This document shows, piece by piece, positions 37,559-47,088 of a DNA stretch of 64,000 bases (the stretch's first letter is position 1; the number at the start of each line of letters is the position of its first letter). The notes under the pieces are model-generated. The model had not been told where the DNA came from. It was given only the letters and a program-made list of their open reading frames with translations, and ran no database searches. The DNA is taken from the NCBI GenBank assembly GCA_015522685.1, contig WALU01000032.1:44760-108759 (forward strand), written 5' to 3'. A program made the translations under genes and the position numbers. The stretch comes from Thermoproteota archaeon. GTDB lineage: Archaea > Korarchaeota > Korarchaeia > Korarchaeales > Korarchaeaceae.

Positions 37559-38531
37559 GCAGCAGGTAAGGGTCATTTGATTCAGATGGAAATTCTTCTA
37601 TCTTCTCATTCACTATAATAGATCTTCCCTTACCTTTCAGTTTCCCTATAATGCTAACTGGGAAGCCATGCGACTCTATCAATTCCCTTAGAAAATCTAG
37701 GGGAGAATTTCTAGGAATTGCCGCTAATATAACACCCGAGCTAGAAGCAGCCAAAGGATCAAAGTTTAAGATCTCTCCTAGCCTAACAAGCTCCGGTGGG
37801 AATAGAAAGCTTTTCCTTCTCACAATAAAGCCAAGCCCAGATGCATCAGCGAAATCATTAAGGAGTCTTACCATGCCACCTTCTGCCCCATCTTTCATTC
37901 CATTGACTCTAGAGAACATAGCTAGGTCTCTCGCCTTATCAACAACCGTTAGCATCCATCTAGCTCTTCTCCATCTCTCTACCGTTATCCTATCAGAGAC
38001 CCTCTGAAGAACTTCTGGATTAAAATGAGCTGCTCCATAAAGGAACTCCGCTCCTAGAATGCCTACAAGCATTAACAAATCTCCTTCCTTAGCCAATTTA
38101 GGAGATATTATTTTCCTCGCCTCTCCTATAACTGTAGTCGCAACTACAGGCTCGTTGATTGAGTCATACCATCCTGTATGACCTGTGATTATAGAAACAT
38201 TATACCTATAAGCCTCCCAATTTAGATCTTCAGCGATCTTGACTGCCTTTTCTTCCTTAAAACCTGAGGGGAGGAGGATTGTGCTAGTCATAATGCGAGG
38301 TTTTGCTCCTAAAACTGCTACATCTGATGCGGAAAAATGGAACCCAAAGTAACCTATATCATCTAATGGAACCCCCAAAGATGGGTCTGCAGCATATACT
38401 CTAGTGAGACCCATCAATCTCTCTGCTCCCGCATCAAGATTAGGATTTGGAGGAATATATATATTGCTGTTTAGCTTACCTACCAGCCTAGTTATCCTCT
38501 CAAGCAAGGCTTTCCTCGCCTTTCCTCTCAT
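37542..38531 (-). CDS. AIR synthase-related (HypE/ThiL-like) protein
   Basis: SDVAVLGAKP, ITGHTG, GDLL, MKDGAEGG, SSG. Confidence 0.85.
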   Translation of the reverse strand: MRGKARKALLERITRLVGKLNSNIYIPPNPNLDAGAERLMGLTRVYAADPSLGVPLDDIGYFGFHFSASDVAVLGAKPRIMTSTILLPSGFKEEKAVKIAEDLNWEAYRYNVSIITGHTGWYDSINEPVVATTVIGEARKIISPKLAKEGDLLMLVGILGAEFLYGAAHFNPEVLQRVSDRITVERWRRARWMLTVVDKARDLAMFSRVNGMKDGAEGGMVRLLNDFADASGLGFIVRRKSFLFPPELVRLGEILNFDPLAASSSGVILAAIPRNSPLDFLRELIESHGFPVSIIGKLKGKGRSIIVNEKIEEFPSESNDPYLLLRKLE

Positions 38532-38593
38532 TTTGAGTTATGCAAGGAGTTTTAATGATAACTTTTTTGAATGAGCCTTTCACTACTCAAGCA

Positions 38594-39409
38594 ATGAGAG
38601 TAGCTATACAGGGAGAGAAAGGATCCTACAGTGATGAGGCTGCTAGAAAATTCTTCGGAGATTACGAGGCAATCTATAACAGGTTTTTAGAGGAAGTCTT
38701 TGACTCAGTAGCTTCTAAAGAAGCTGATTATGGAATAATTCCAGTTGAGAATTCAACAACCGGTAGTATAAGGAAGGCTCTCGATCTTCTTCTTGAGAAC
38801 GATGCTAAGGTAATCGGAGAGATAGAGGTCAGAGTTAGACATGCCCTTTTATCAGTAAAGAGTGCTAATTTAGAAGATATAAAAGTAATTTACTCGCACC
38901 CTGAAGCCATCTCTCAGTGTGAGAGATTTCTCAGGTCTAGAAAATGGACTGTAATCCCCAGCTTTGATACAGCAGGTGCGGCAAGGGAAGTAGCTAGGCT
39001 AGGAGATCCCAGGAAAGCAGCCATAGCAGGAGAACAAGCGGCAGGTATATACAAACTCAATATCTTAGCTAGGGATATACAAGACCTATATCACAACACA
39101 ACTCGCTTCTTTGTGGTGAGCAGAGAAGGGAAATGGATTGATAAGGAAGCAGATACAACTTCTCTATTCTTCGCAACTAGGCATATACCGGGAGCCCTAT
39201 GGAGAGCTCTAGGCGCCTTTGCAAGGAGGAGTATAAATCTTCTGTGGCTTGAATCTAGGCCCATAAGGAAAGAACCTTGGAATTATTCCTTTTTCGTGGA
39301 GTTTGAAGGTTCTTTATCAAGTGAGAATATCAAAGAAGCTCTAGATGAGCTGAAAGATCGTACCCTATGGTTAAAGGTTCTTGGAAGCTATAAAAAAAAT
39401 AAGATTTAG
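38594..39409 (+). CDS. pheA: prephenate dehydratase with ACT domain
   Basis: QGEKGSYS, PVENSTTG, SHPEAISQC, NTTRF, LESRP, VLGSY. Confidence 0.94.
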   Translation: MRVAIQGEKGSYSDEAARKFFGDYEAIYNRFLEEVFDSVASKEADYGIIPVENSTTGSIRKALDLLLENDAKVIGEIEVRVRHALLSVKSANLEDIKVIYSHPEAISQCERFLRSRKWTVIPSFDTAGAAREVARLGDPRKAAIAGEQAAGIYKLNILARDIQDLYHNTTRFFVVSREGKWIDKEADTTSLFFATRHIPGALWRALGAFARRSINLLWLESRPIRKEPWNYSFFVEFEGSLSSENIKEALDELKDRTLWLKVLGSYKKNKI

Positions 39410-39443
39410 CTAAGCTAAGATATATTAGTGGGGAGAAGGTGTT

Positions 39444-39837
39444 ATGACTAGGATAGCGATTCTAGTTTAACGATCAAGTGGAAGATGATGAGTTTGCTAT
39501 CTCCTTTACTATTTTAAATGGAAAGGACCTGATATCATAATAGGTCACCCATTAGAGGAGTTCGGCAGCAAATATGGTTACAGAAAATGGAAAACTGACA
39601 TAAGAGCTTCGGAGATAGAGCCTAGTGAACTGTATGTATGCATTATACCGTAAGGCTACAGTCCAGACAAGCTAAGATTGGATAAGTCCACTCCTCAACC
39701 TTGTGAGAGAGTTGATCAATACTGAGGCGGAATGGATCGATGAAGCCATGGTTATCGATAGAAGTCTAATAATCTTTAGGCATCCCTCAGATATTCCAGA
39801 ATTCGTTGAAGCGATAGGAAGGATTTTACTCCATTAG
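39444..39837 (+). pseudogene. pfpI: PfpI/DJ-1 family protease pseudogene
   Basis: MTRIAILV*, VEDDEF, IIP*GYSPDKLR (normally IIPGGxxPDxLR), AEWIDEAMVIDRSLIIFRHPSDIPEF; the catalytic AICHG segment is absent. Confidence 0.8.
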
Positions 39838-40329
39838 CTCCTCTCTAAATTTTCCATTCAGATTTCTAATCTCCTCCTCATTTTTTACACTCGAATATAA
39901 GTCCAATCTCTGCTTATTTATGTATATGAACTCCATTCCCCATTTAAATGGATTGAGTAGCCTTAAAGAGTCTTCTTGATTCTTAGTTATGTAAAGGGCA
40001 GATGCAAGGGCTTCTACAGTTGATAGATATTCTGGTATACCATAATTTATCGGATTGGCTGCAACAAGAAAAGGAAGCCTTCTATATATTCCCCTCGGCC
40101 ATTTGACTTCTTTGATTCTCCTCCAAGAGGCATCTACAGCCAATATGCCCTTGGCGACTTCTGCATCCAAAGGACTAAGGTATTTTCTAGAAAAAGGATT
40201 TAATACTATGAGCCCACGAACAGGCCTGTATCTCTCAGCTAATCTGAGCCTTAAAAGTTTAGATCCTGTTGCCTTTTTAGGATCATCCTGTCTAAGCCTC
40301 AGAATATAAACTTTCATTGCTTCATTCAC
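39826..40329 (-). CDS. tsr3: 16S rRNA aminocarboxypropyltransferase (DUF367)
   Basis: QDDPKKATG, VDASW, RRLPFLVAANPINYG, LSTVEALASAL, FKWG. Confidence 0.92.
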   Translation of the reverse strand: MNEAMKVYILRLRQDDPKKATGSKLLRLRLAERYRPVRGLIVLNPFSRKYLSPLDAEVAKGILAVDASWRRIKEVKWPRGIYRRLPFLVAANPINYGIPEYLSTVEALASALYITKNQEDSLRLLNPFKWGMEFIYINKQRLDLYSSVKNEEEIRNLNGKFREELME

Positions 40330-40589
40330 TTAAGTTTCTCAAGCACGATAAATGTGACAGTATTCTCTATACCTTCCTGACTTCTCAGGCTTTCTATTAT
40401 CCTCGCTAATTCGAAGGTATTAGCGGCCTCTACCCTGAGCAGAAAGTCAAATTCACCTGTTACGTAGAATACCTCCTTAACTTTGTCATTCTCTGAAAAT
40501 ATCTTCTTCAAATCGATGGTACTTGAAGGTCTGACACTTATAGCTATGAATGCCTCCAACATTCCCATACTTATCCCTCTTCGCTCCAA
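40326..40589 (-). CDS. stand-alone Lrp/AsnC ligand-binding (RAM) domain
   Basis: VFYVTGEFDFLLRV, GIENTVT; no HTH. Confidence 0.85.
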   Translation of the reverse strand: MERRGISMGMLEAFIAISVRPSSTIDLKKIFSENDKVKEVFYVTGEFDFLLRVEAANTFELARIIESLRSQEGIENTVTFIVLEKLK

Positions 40590-40790
40590 GCATAGTAGTA
40601 ATAGGCTTCTAATAAATTACTCTTTACATTTAATTACATGGAATGTATGGAGCATTGCTATCTGAGAGTCATTTCAGATATGAGATGCTAGTCATCCATA
40701 GCTAGATTTTATAGTCGTCAAATGTCGTTTTAAGCTTCTGCAATAATCGCTTGTATAGAAGCTACATGCCTACTTGTCTAAGGTGATATA

Positions 40791-40991
40791 ATGAACCAGC
40801 AAACCTTCCTAAGAGTAGATAAGAACCTCATCGATGTCATCGATGCCTTAGTGTTGGAAGGTATGTTTAAAAGTAGATCAAGAGCTATAAAAGCAGCTCT
40901 TATGGGCTTTATAAGAACCAAGAATGCTGAGAGAGTTAGAGCTATTTATGAGGAATTCATATCTGAAGCCATTTCTAATTTCCGAAGGTGA
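40791..40991 (+). CDS. ribbon-helix-helix (CopG/MetJ-like) protein
   Basis: LRVD..LI..IDALV.EG.FKSRSRAIKAAL; GGTGA upstream. Confidence 0.78.
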   Translation: MNQQTFLRVDKNLIDVIDALVLEGMFKSRSRAIKAALMGFIRTKNAERVRAIYEEFISEAISNFRR

Positions 40992-41120
40992 TTATTTCCA
41001 GGCATGTTTCACCTATTGCCTCGATTTCTTTGGTAAGTTTTTATTTTTTGTATGAATAATCAAGGATAAAAGATGCTACTTAACCTTAACTAAAAATTAT
41101 TATCAATATTAGCATTCATC

Positions 41121-42317
41121 CTACTCTATCTTCTTTTTCCTCTCTCTTTCATAGAAAACATAGAGCTTCTGCACATTCTGTAAAGCAACTAAATCAGCTC
41201 TTCTGCCTCTGAAGCTCAGTTTATCTAATCCCTCTAGCTCCGAAGCTACCCTCAAAGCATCGAACATTATAACCTCTGGCCTTAATGTTTTAGAATGTTC
41301 TATGCATGCAGTATCTGCTAGATTTATGTAATCAGGGTAAGACGGACCTCTCGTATGCTTCGCAGAGTACTCTGCGAAATTCTTCAAATATAAATTAAAT
41401 CCAGTCAGTTTTATTACTGGTCCATTAATCGCATGAGGTCTGTAGAAACCGACCTCTACATCGTTGAATAAAGGATTTTGAAGAAATAATGAAGCCATTC
41501 TGTCTACATAATGCCTCTTCCTCCTTACCATAGATGAGAAATAGGAAATGGTGAACTTAGAGTCTTCATATTCATCACCATATCTTCCTACGTTTATGAA
41601 CTCTCCTGGATCCATCAATAGCCATCCAATGATTGAATCTGACAAGAGGTCTGAGAGTATAGGTCTAGGAATGTCTTTTGGAGCATTATCTATGATCTCC
41701 ATCAGCTCACTTCCTAGGAATTTGTACGCAATAAGGGAGGTGCTAATCCTCTTCACTAAACCAACTAAACCCTTCTTCTTAGCTTTTGCATGCTTCATTA
41801 TCCTATGAGAAAGCCCTGTTATACTTGATCCCTTCCTTAACTGAAATATTGCATCGGCAGGAGGAAAATCCCCATCTCTAACTAAGATGTCAAAATCTTC
41901 TCTCCTTGAAATAATATCTTCCATAAGCTTTAGCTCTTCTCTTTTGGCCATGACTGAAGAAAGAGAGGAGTATAACTCTTCTTCTTCATTAAAATCTTCT
42001 CTAATTGATTTAAGTCTGAATATCGGTCTTCTTGCCTTAGGATATGTTACAGCCGCTAGAAGGATGAATTCAGCTCTTAGTCCTCTTAGAGATAGAGTAG
42101 GAGAGAAAGTGGAGTCTATGGCTACTATCTCATATTCCTTGGGAGGATCACCAAGCCTCAAAACATTCTCCCTCAAAAATCTCCCTAATTTATCATATAT
42201 TGGAATGAGATATTTCCATGCTCTCCTCATATGAATCGTAATTTTCCTTGCTCTATCGAGAGCAGCAGAATATATATCAGGATCTAGGAGATCCCCTTTC
42301 CATTCAACATCGCTCAT
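41121..42317 (-). CDS. nurA: NurA-family nuclease
   Basis: VAIDST, MAKREE, LVRDGD, VGLVKR, YPDYINLAD; translationally coupled to herA. Confidence 0.78.
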   Translation of the reverse strand: MSDVEWKGDLLDPDIYSAALDRARKITIHMRRAWKYLIPIYDKLGRFLRENVLRLGDPPKEYEIVAIDSTFSPTLSLRGLRAEFILLAAVTYPKARRPIFRLKSIREDFNEEEELYSSLSSVMAKREELKLMEDIISRREDFDILVRDGDFPPADAIFQLRKGSSITGLSHRIMKHAKAKKKGLVGLVKRISTSLIAYKFLGSELMEIIDNAPKDIPRPILSDLLSDSIIGWLLMDPGEFINVGRYGDEYEDSKFTISYFSSMVRRKRHYVDRMASLFLQNPLFNDVEVGFYRPHAINGPVIKLTGFNLYLKNFAEYSAKHTRGPSYPDYINLADTACIEHSKTLRPEVIMFDALRVASELEGLDKLSFRGRRADLVALQNVQKLYVFYERERKKKIE

Positions 42318-43732
42318 GAACCTTCACCGAATGTATGCATCAGTATGGGTCTCCTAAAGGGAGAAAGGAGACCAGTTACATAGAAATCTCCAGTTCCCAG
42401 TATGCCAGTATCTATGTCCCCTAAGCTAACTATTTTTCCTATATCATCCAAATCGCTCGAAGATTGAAGAGAGCTGAAAACAACGCTGTTTATGTTCGCC
42501 CTTATATTAATATCTAAGTCAGATACCCATCTCTGGCTGACAAGAATTAAGCCGATACCCCACTTCCTCCCTCTCCTAGCTACGTCTGATAAAGCTCCTG
42601 TAGGGGGCTGTCCCTTAGCGTATACCTGAGCTTCATCTACAACTATTGCGATGTTTAGCTTATCTTCTCTTCTCTCAGCCCTATCCATAATTCCCGACAT
42701 AACGCCTCTCATTATACCATATCTTATGGGTAAGGTCTCAGAGCTTATGTCAAGTATTGTTAGGTCTTCATCTAAAATATGATCTATTAGATCATTGATA
42801 TCATATTTTCTGCCATTAAACGAACTCAGGGATATTCCAGATTTCGCAAGTCTGAATAAGGACTTGGCTATTGTATGATCTTTTCTCTTGAGATATCCCA
42901 TAACTACCCTCAAAGTGGCTATAAATGGTTCATCATCCCAATTAATATTCATGGGACTTATCTCCCTCAACTTTGATATGGCTTCCATGTCAAATTCTCC
43001 GCTTCCAAAACCTAGAGATTCCATGAAGTTCCTAACCTTCTCTAGATCTCCTTCACTATACAAGTAGGTATAAAGGGATACCTCGGCATCATCCAAGTAA
43101 TCTTTTCCAAGGACCTTATTGGCCATAACCTCAGCTAGAGAAAACAAATCCGGGAATATATTGTCATCAGTTATTACCTGATCTCTAAAATATGGAGAAT
43201 AGTCAACTCCTGTATGATCAAAGACAACAACCCTCTTGCCAGTCCTTACAAGCTCCTTCACCAAAAGCCTGACGAGATGAGATTTGCCTGAACCAGTTGC
43301 TCCAACTACAGCCACATGATAATCTATCGCTCTGGAATCTAGGGGAAGAGGCCACTTAGACGATGGATGTTCTCCTACAAAGATGGGATTCTCTATAAAC
43401 GCTAGCTCCTCAAGATCCCCCCTCTCTACTTTATAGGCAGGTGTCCCGGTTGGTATAGCTGAGAGTATTCGAGGATCGAACCTGCCTCGATTGATCGATC
43501 CATATAGCTCCACATTGGCATTTTGATATTCATAAGCCTTTATAGCTTCCACATTAGTAGGCGTAAAAGGTGAGTAAGGCGACATGGTTGGATTAGCATA
43601 GGAAACTCCTCTTACAACACCTAGAAGCCCATTTCCCACAATTATTAAATCGTCTATAAGGACCTTATCCTCTAGTCTAACCGTGATCCACTTGGTAGAG
43701 GTCCTCCCTACAGCAAACCCGACTTTTCTCAT
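42314..43732 (-). CDS. herA: HerA/FtsK-family ATPase (DUF87)
   Basis: HAS-barrel-like N-terminus, HVAVVGATGSGKS, VFDHTG.DY, VVDEAQ, ARRGRKWG, VSQR. Confidence 0.88.
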   Translation of the reverse strand: MRKVGFAVGRTSTKWITVRLEDKVLIDDLIIVGNGLLGVVRGVSYANPTMSPYSPFTPTNVEAIKAYEYQNANVELYGSINRGRFDPRILSAIPTGTPAYKVERGDLEELAFIENPIFVGEHPSSKWPLPLDSRAIDYHVAVVGATGSGKSHLVRLLVKELVRTGKRVVVFDHTGVDYSPYFRDQVITDDNIFPDLFSLAEVMANKVLGKDYLDDAEVSLYTYLYSEGDLEKVRNFMESLGFGSGEFDMEAISKLREISPMNINWDDEPFIATLRVVMGYLKRKDHTIAKSLFRLAKSGISLSSFNGRKYDINDLIDHILDEDLTILDISSETLPIRYGIMRGVMSGIMDRAERREDKLNIAIVVDEAQVYAKGQPPTGALSDVARRGRKWGIGLILVSQRWVSDLDINIRANINSVVFSSLQSSSDLDDIGKIVSLGDIDTGILGTGDFYVTGLLSPFRRPILMHTFGEGS

Positions 43733-43828
43733 TTATGAGATCTCTGCAGCTGGAATTAAAAAGGTATTCTGTCAACTGAGATATTTGCTTGAACGTTCTC
43801 CATACTCTCGACGGGACAATGCATATTT

Positions 43829-44923
43829 ATGAATAGAGAGAACTATTGGAAGACGGTGTGTCTAATGGATATTGAAAAGGAATTACAGGAAAACAGAAGA
43901 CTCATAGACTCAATAATAAAGAGCAAGTTTCCTAGGAATATAGACTCTAGCTATCTAAAGTGGCTTGCAGGAGATACATCCTATTTATATGATCTCGAAG
44001 TAGTTCAAAAAACTATATTTGATCCTATGTGGGATCTACTCTCAAGAGGAGGAAAGAGATGGAGACCTTGGCTCTTTCTAATCCTCGCAAATAACCTAGG
44101 AGTTGATTTGGATAAGTTTAGGGATCTAGTCACAATAGTAGAGTTACTCCACAATGGCTCCCTTGTTGCTGATGACATCGAAGATGGAGCCGACATAAGG
44201 AGAGGAGATAAAGCAATACATCTGAAATATGGGTTGGATATTGCTGTGAACTTATCATCAGCTATGTATTTCATGCCTCTTAGGATCTTAATGGAGATGG
44301 ACGTGAGCAGGGATATCTATAGGAGACTGGTTGAGGCATATATAGAGGACATGATCCGCATACATCTAGGGCAGGCTACGGATATTGGGTGGCATAGGGG
44401 ATTAAGGGATCCAGAGAGTATAAAGGTGGAACATTATCTACAGATGTGTGCTAATAAGACGGGGGTACTCCCTAGACTAGCTGCTAGATTTGCGGCAATA
44501 CTTGCTCAATTAAGCCCTGAGAATGAGGCAAAGATAGGTAAATTTGCCGAATCCATAGGAATAGCCTTCCAAATACAGGACGATATAATCAACGTTATAG
44601 GAGCTGAAAAATTAGGAAAAAGCTTTGGGGAGGATATAACTGAGGGAAAAATAACATTGATGACAATATACACACTTTCAAGGGCAAGCGAGGAAGATAA
44701 GAGGAGGCTGAAAGAGATATTAGAAATGCATACGAGAGATAGGGCGCTTATTGAGGAAGCAATTTCAATCTTAAAGAGGTATGGCTCAATAGAATATGCG
44801 AAGAAGTTCGCTAAGGATCTTGTAAAGAAATCTTGGGAGAATGTAGAGAGCATATTGCCAAATAATGAATATAAAGAGAAGCTTAGATCCTTGGCTAATT
44901 TTATGGTTGAGAGGGAATTCTGA
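43829..44923 (+). CDS. polyprenyl (geranylgeranyl) diphosphate synthase
   Basis: GGKRWRP, LVADDIED..RRG, GQATD, KTG, FQIQDD; true start may be ATG 43865. Confidence 0.92.
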   Translation: MNRENYWKTVCLMDIEKELQENRRLIDSIIKSKFPRNIDSSYLKWLAGDTSYLYDLEVVQKTIFDPMWDLLSRGGKRWRPWLFLILANNLGVDLDKFRDLVTIVELLHNGSLVADDIEDGADIRRGDKAIHLKYGLDIAVNLSSAMYFMPLRILMEMDVSRDIYRRLVEAYIEDMIRIHLGQATDIGWHRGLRDPESIKVEHYLQMCANKTGVLPRLAARFAAILAQLSPENEAKIGKFAESIGIAFQIQDDIINVIGAEKLGKSFGEDITEGKITLMTIYTLSRASEEDKRRLKEILEMHTRDRALIEEAISILKRYGSIEYAKKFAKDLVKKSWENVESILPNNEYKEKLRSLANFMVEREF

Positions 44924-44926
44924 AGA

Positions 44927-46201
44927 TTATCTAGGAGGAAGTAATCCCTTCTTGGATATGAATTCCAGCCTCCTTGTCTTTACTATTGATGAGAGGAAAA
45001 CGAGGGTAGCAGAAGATATGTAAAGGCCGGTTAATCCTATGAGTTCGAAGGCAAATCCTCCAAATAGCGCTCCAATAGACCAGCCTAAAGATCTAATGAA
45101 ATTTACATGTCCTAAGTATTCAAGGGAAACCTTAAGGCCCCTTCTAGATATAGAGACTAATATAAAGGACCAAGTGGCTCCATCTAGGATCATAAAGGCT
45201 ATGAAGTACTCTAAAGGCGAGATAATCTTCATAATTACTACAGGTACGCTTAAGAGCATGAAAGATCTCATCATAGCTGAATAATTTAGGTTCTTAACCT
45301 CTCCTCCTTTACCGGCTCTCGAGTAAAATATGCTGGATATCAAGGAGCTTAGAGCAGATAACATGAATATCTCAGAATTATTAAGCCCTAGAGATTTTTG
45401 CACCCCTACCAGTTGTGGATATGCAAGGCCAAGTCCAATGAAAGCTAAAAATACCTTTAAACCGAATGGAACTCCTTTTCTTGGGATGCCAAGGAGTAAG
45501 TAAGATGGCCTCTGAAAGAAGGTTCCTCTGGTAGCCCTCGATATTTGAGCTAGAGTCCACTCCAAGGCTTCCTCCTCTGCCCTTTGGACAGCTTCTAACC
45601 CATCTTCTATTATGGGGAGCACTCCAATCTCTTCCTCATATATCTTCCTGAGGATCCTAACTACATTAATCTCTAAGGAGATCACTATCATAGGGAAGAG
45701 AGCTAGGTCTAGTATTATTCCAGCTAAAGCTAGCATGCTGATGCTTAGAAAGTTCAGAGCTGTACCACCAACAACGAGTCCAGAGAACCAAGCCCAGCCA
45801 GAAACAGATTCATAAGAAGATGAGGTGACGGAAGAATCTCCTAACTTATCGTAAGCATAAAACAGGCCTGAAAAGTAGGAGATAGGTGAAATAAAGGCTA
45901 TTAGAAAGGATACAATTAAAGCGACGTTTATATCTTCAATCGTTAGGGCAAGAAGTGGTATTATAAGAGCTAGATGACCTAGCGAGATGCCTGTAGTGTG
46001 GCGATGTCTAGGGGATAGAGCCTTGGTCCAGATCATATTGCCTAGCATCAGTCCTATATACATGAAGAAGAAGGAGAAAGAAAGATGTTCCGGCCCTCCT
46101 CCATAATCTAGAACTGCTAGAGGAGCTAACTGATATATCATTGAGGAGAGAAATCTATGAGGGATAGAGGCCGTTTTCCACTTCTCCATTTCTCTTCTCA
46201 C
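44927..46201 (-). CDS. MFS-like multi-pass membrane protein
   Basis: About 12 hydrophobic segments in two halves with a long central loop. Confidence 0.65.
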   Translation of the reverse strand: MRREMEKWKTASIPHRFLSSMIYQLAPLAVLDYGGGPEHLSFSFFFMYIGLMLGNMIWTKALSPRHRHTTGISLGHLALIIPLLALTIEDINVALIVSFLIAFISPISYFSGLFYAYDKLGDSSVTSSSYESVSGWAWFSGLVVGGTALNFLSISMLALAGIILDLALFPMIVISLEINVVRILRKIYEEEIGVLPIIEDGLEAVQRAEEEALEWTLAQISRATRGTFFQRPSYLLLGIPRKGVPFGLKVFLAFIGLGLAYPQLVGVQKSLGLNNSEIFMLSALSSLISSIFYSRAGKGGEVKNLNYSAMMRSFMLLSVPVVIMKIISPLEYFIAFMILDGATWSFILVSISRRGLKVSLEYLGHVNFIRSLGWSIGALFGGFAFELIGLTGLYISSATLVFLSSIVKTRRLEFISKKGLLPPR

Positions 46202-46868
46202 TTTCGCCTTCCAAAATTTCCCTTAAAGCTGATTTGATGTAAGGTCTCAGCTCATCCTTCAGGACGAGGCCTACAGCTATTCCCACAGCCACTCCAATTA
46301 ATATGGTGACTGAGGCAACAGCTATTACTGTTATCTCCACTAGGAGGCCTGCCTCCACTCCCATCGCAGAAAGGGCGAATACTGTGAAAACGAACATGTT
46401 TCCAAACTTTAAAAGAGATCCTAAGATGCTTTTCCCAGCTACAGCTGATGACATGACCTGTTTCTTCATCAGGGCACCAACTACGAGGCCTATGAATATC
46501 AGAAATATACTAGCTAATATCCTAGGTGAATACCGGACGAAGGATCTAGTACTATCCATCAAAAATCCTGACCCAATGTTCTCAGCAGATATCCCCATGA
46601 ATAAGAAGTAGATATACCATTTCACTAGACCAGCAATTACTCTAGAAGGACTTATCCCATATAACTCTCTCATTAATCCCTTCTTTCTAACCCATTTATC
46701 TAATCCTATAAATTTCCTCAGGAGTCCGCTTATCAGAATGTCAGCTAATCTCCCTATTGCATACCCCACAAGCAAGATGATTCCAGCAGACAGCAATCTC
46801 GGCGCAATAACTCGGAATGCCAGCCATAGGCCTCTTAAGGCCACCATGATGCCTTGAAGACCTTGCAT
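46155..46868 (-). CDS. MscS-associated TM-helix (CmpX-like) membrane protein
   Basis: Repeated P-R-[LI]-L..A...[LI]-G motif (APRLLSAG, SPRILAS), GIAVGL. Confidence 0.75.
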   Translation of the reverse strand: MQGLQGIMVALRGLWLAFRVIAPRLLSAGIILLVGYAIGRLADILISGLLRKFIGLDKWVRKKGLMRELYGISPSRVIAGLVKWYIYFLFMGISAENIGSGFLMDSTRSFVRYSPRILASIFLIFIGLVVGALMKKQVMSSAVAGKSILGSLLKFGNMFVFTVFALSAMGVEAGLLVEITVIAVASVTILIGVAVGIAVGLVLKDELRPYIKSALREILEGESEKRNGEVENGLYPS

Positions 46869-47088
46869 TTTCTCAACTCAGCCGTGTGCTTTCTCTATTC
46901 CATTTATAAACATTACTACCCATATCCTAGAAAGAATCTATTATAACTGTAGATATATTTTATAGAATAATATTAGTATAATCTATGAGAATATAGTTTA
47001 ACTATTTTTGCAAACTAATATAGCGTCAATTATTTTAACTCAAAATGGATAATATATATGCTAGAAGAAAAAGGTGAAGCTCAAGAAT

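Noticed and set aside
46880-47088. Very AT-rich spacer as a possible replication origin
   Set aside because: No recognisable ORB repeats or G-strings, and no adjacent cdc6/orc1 or whiP gene.
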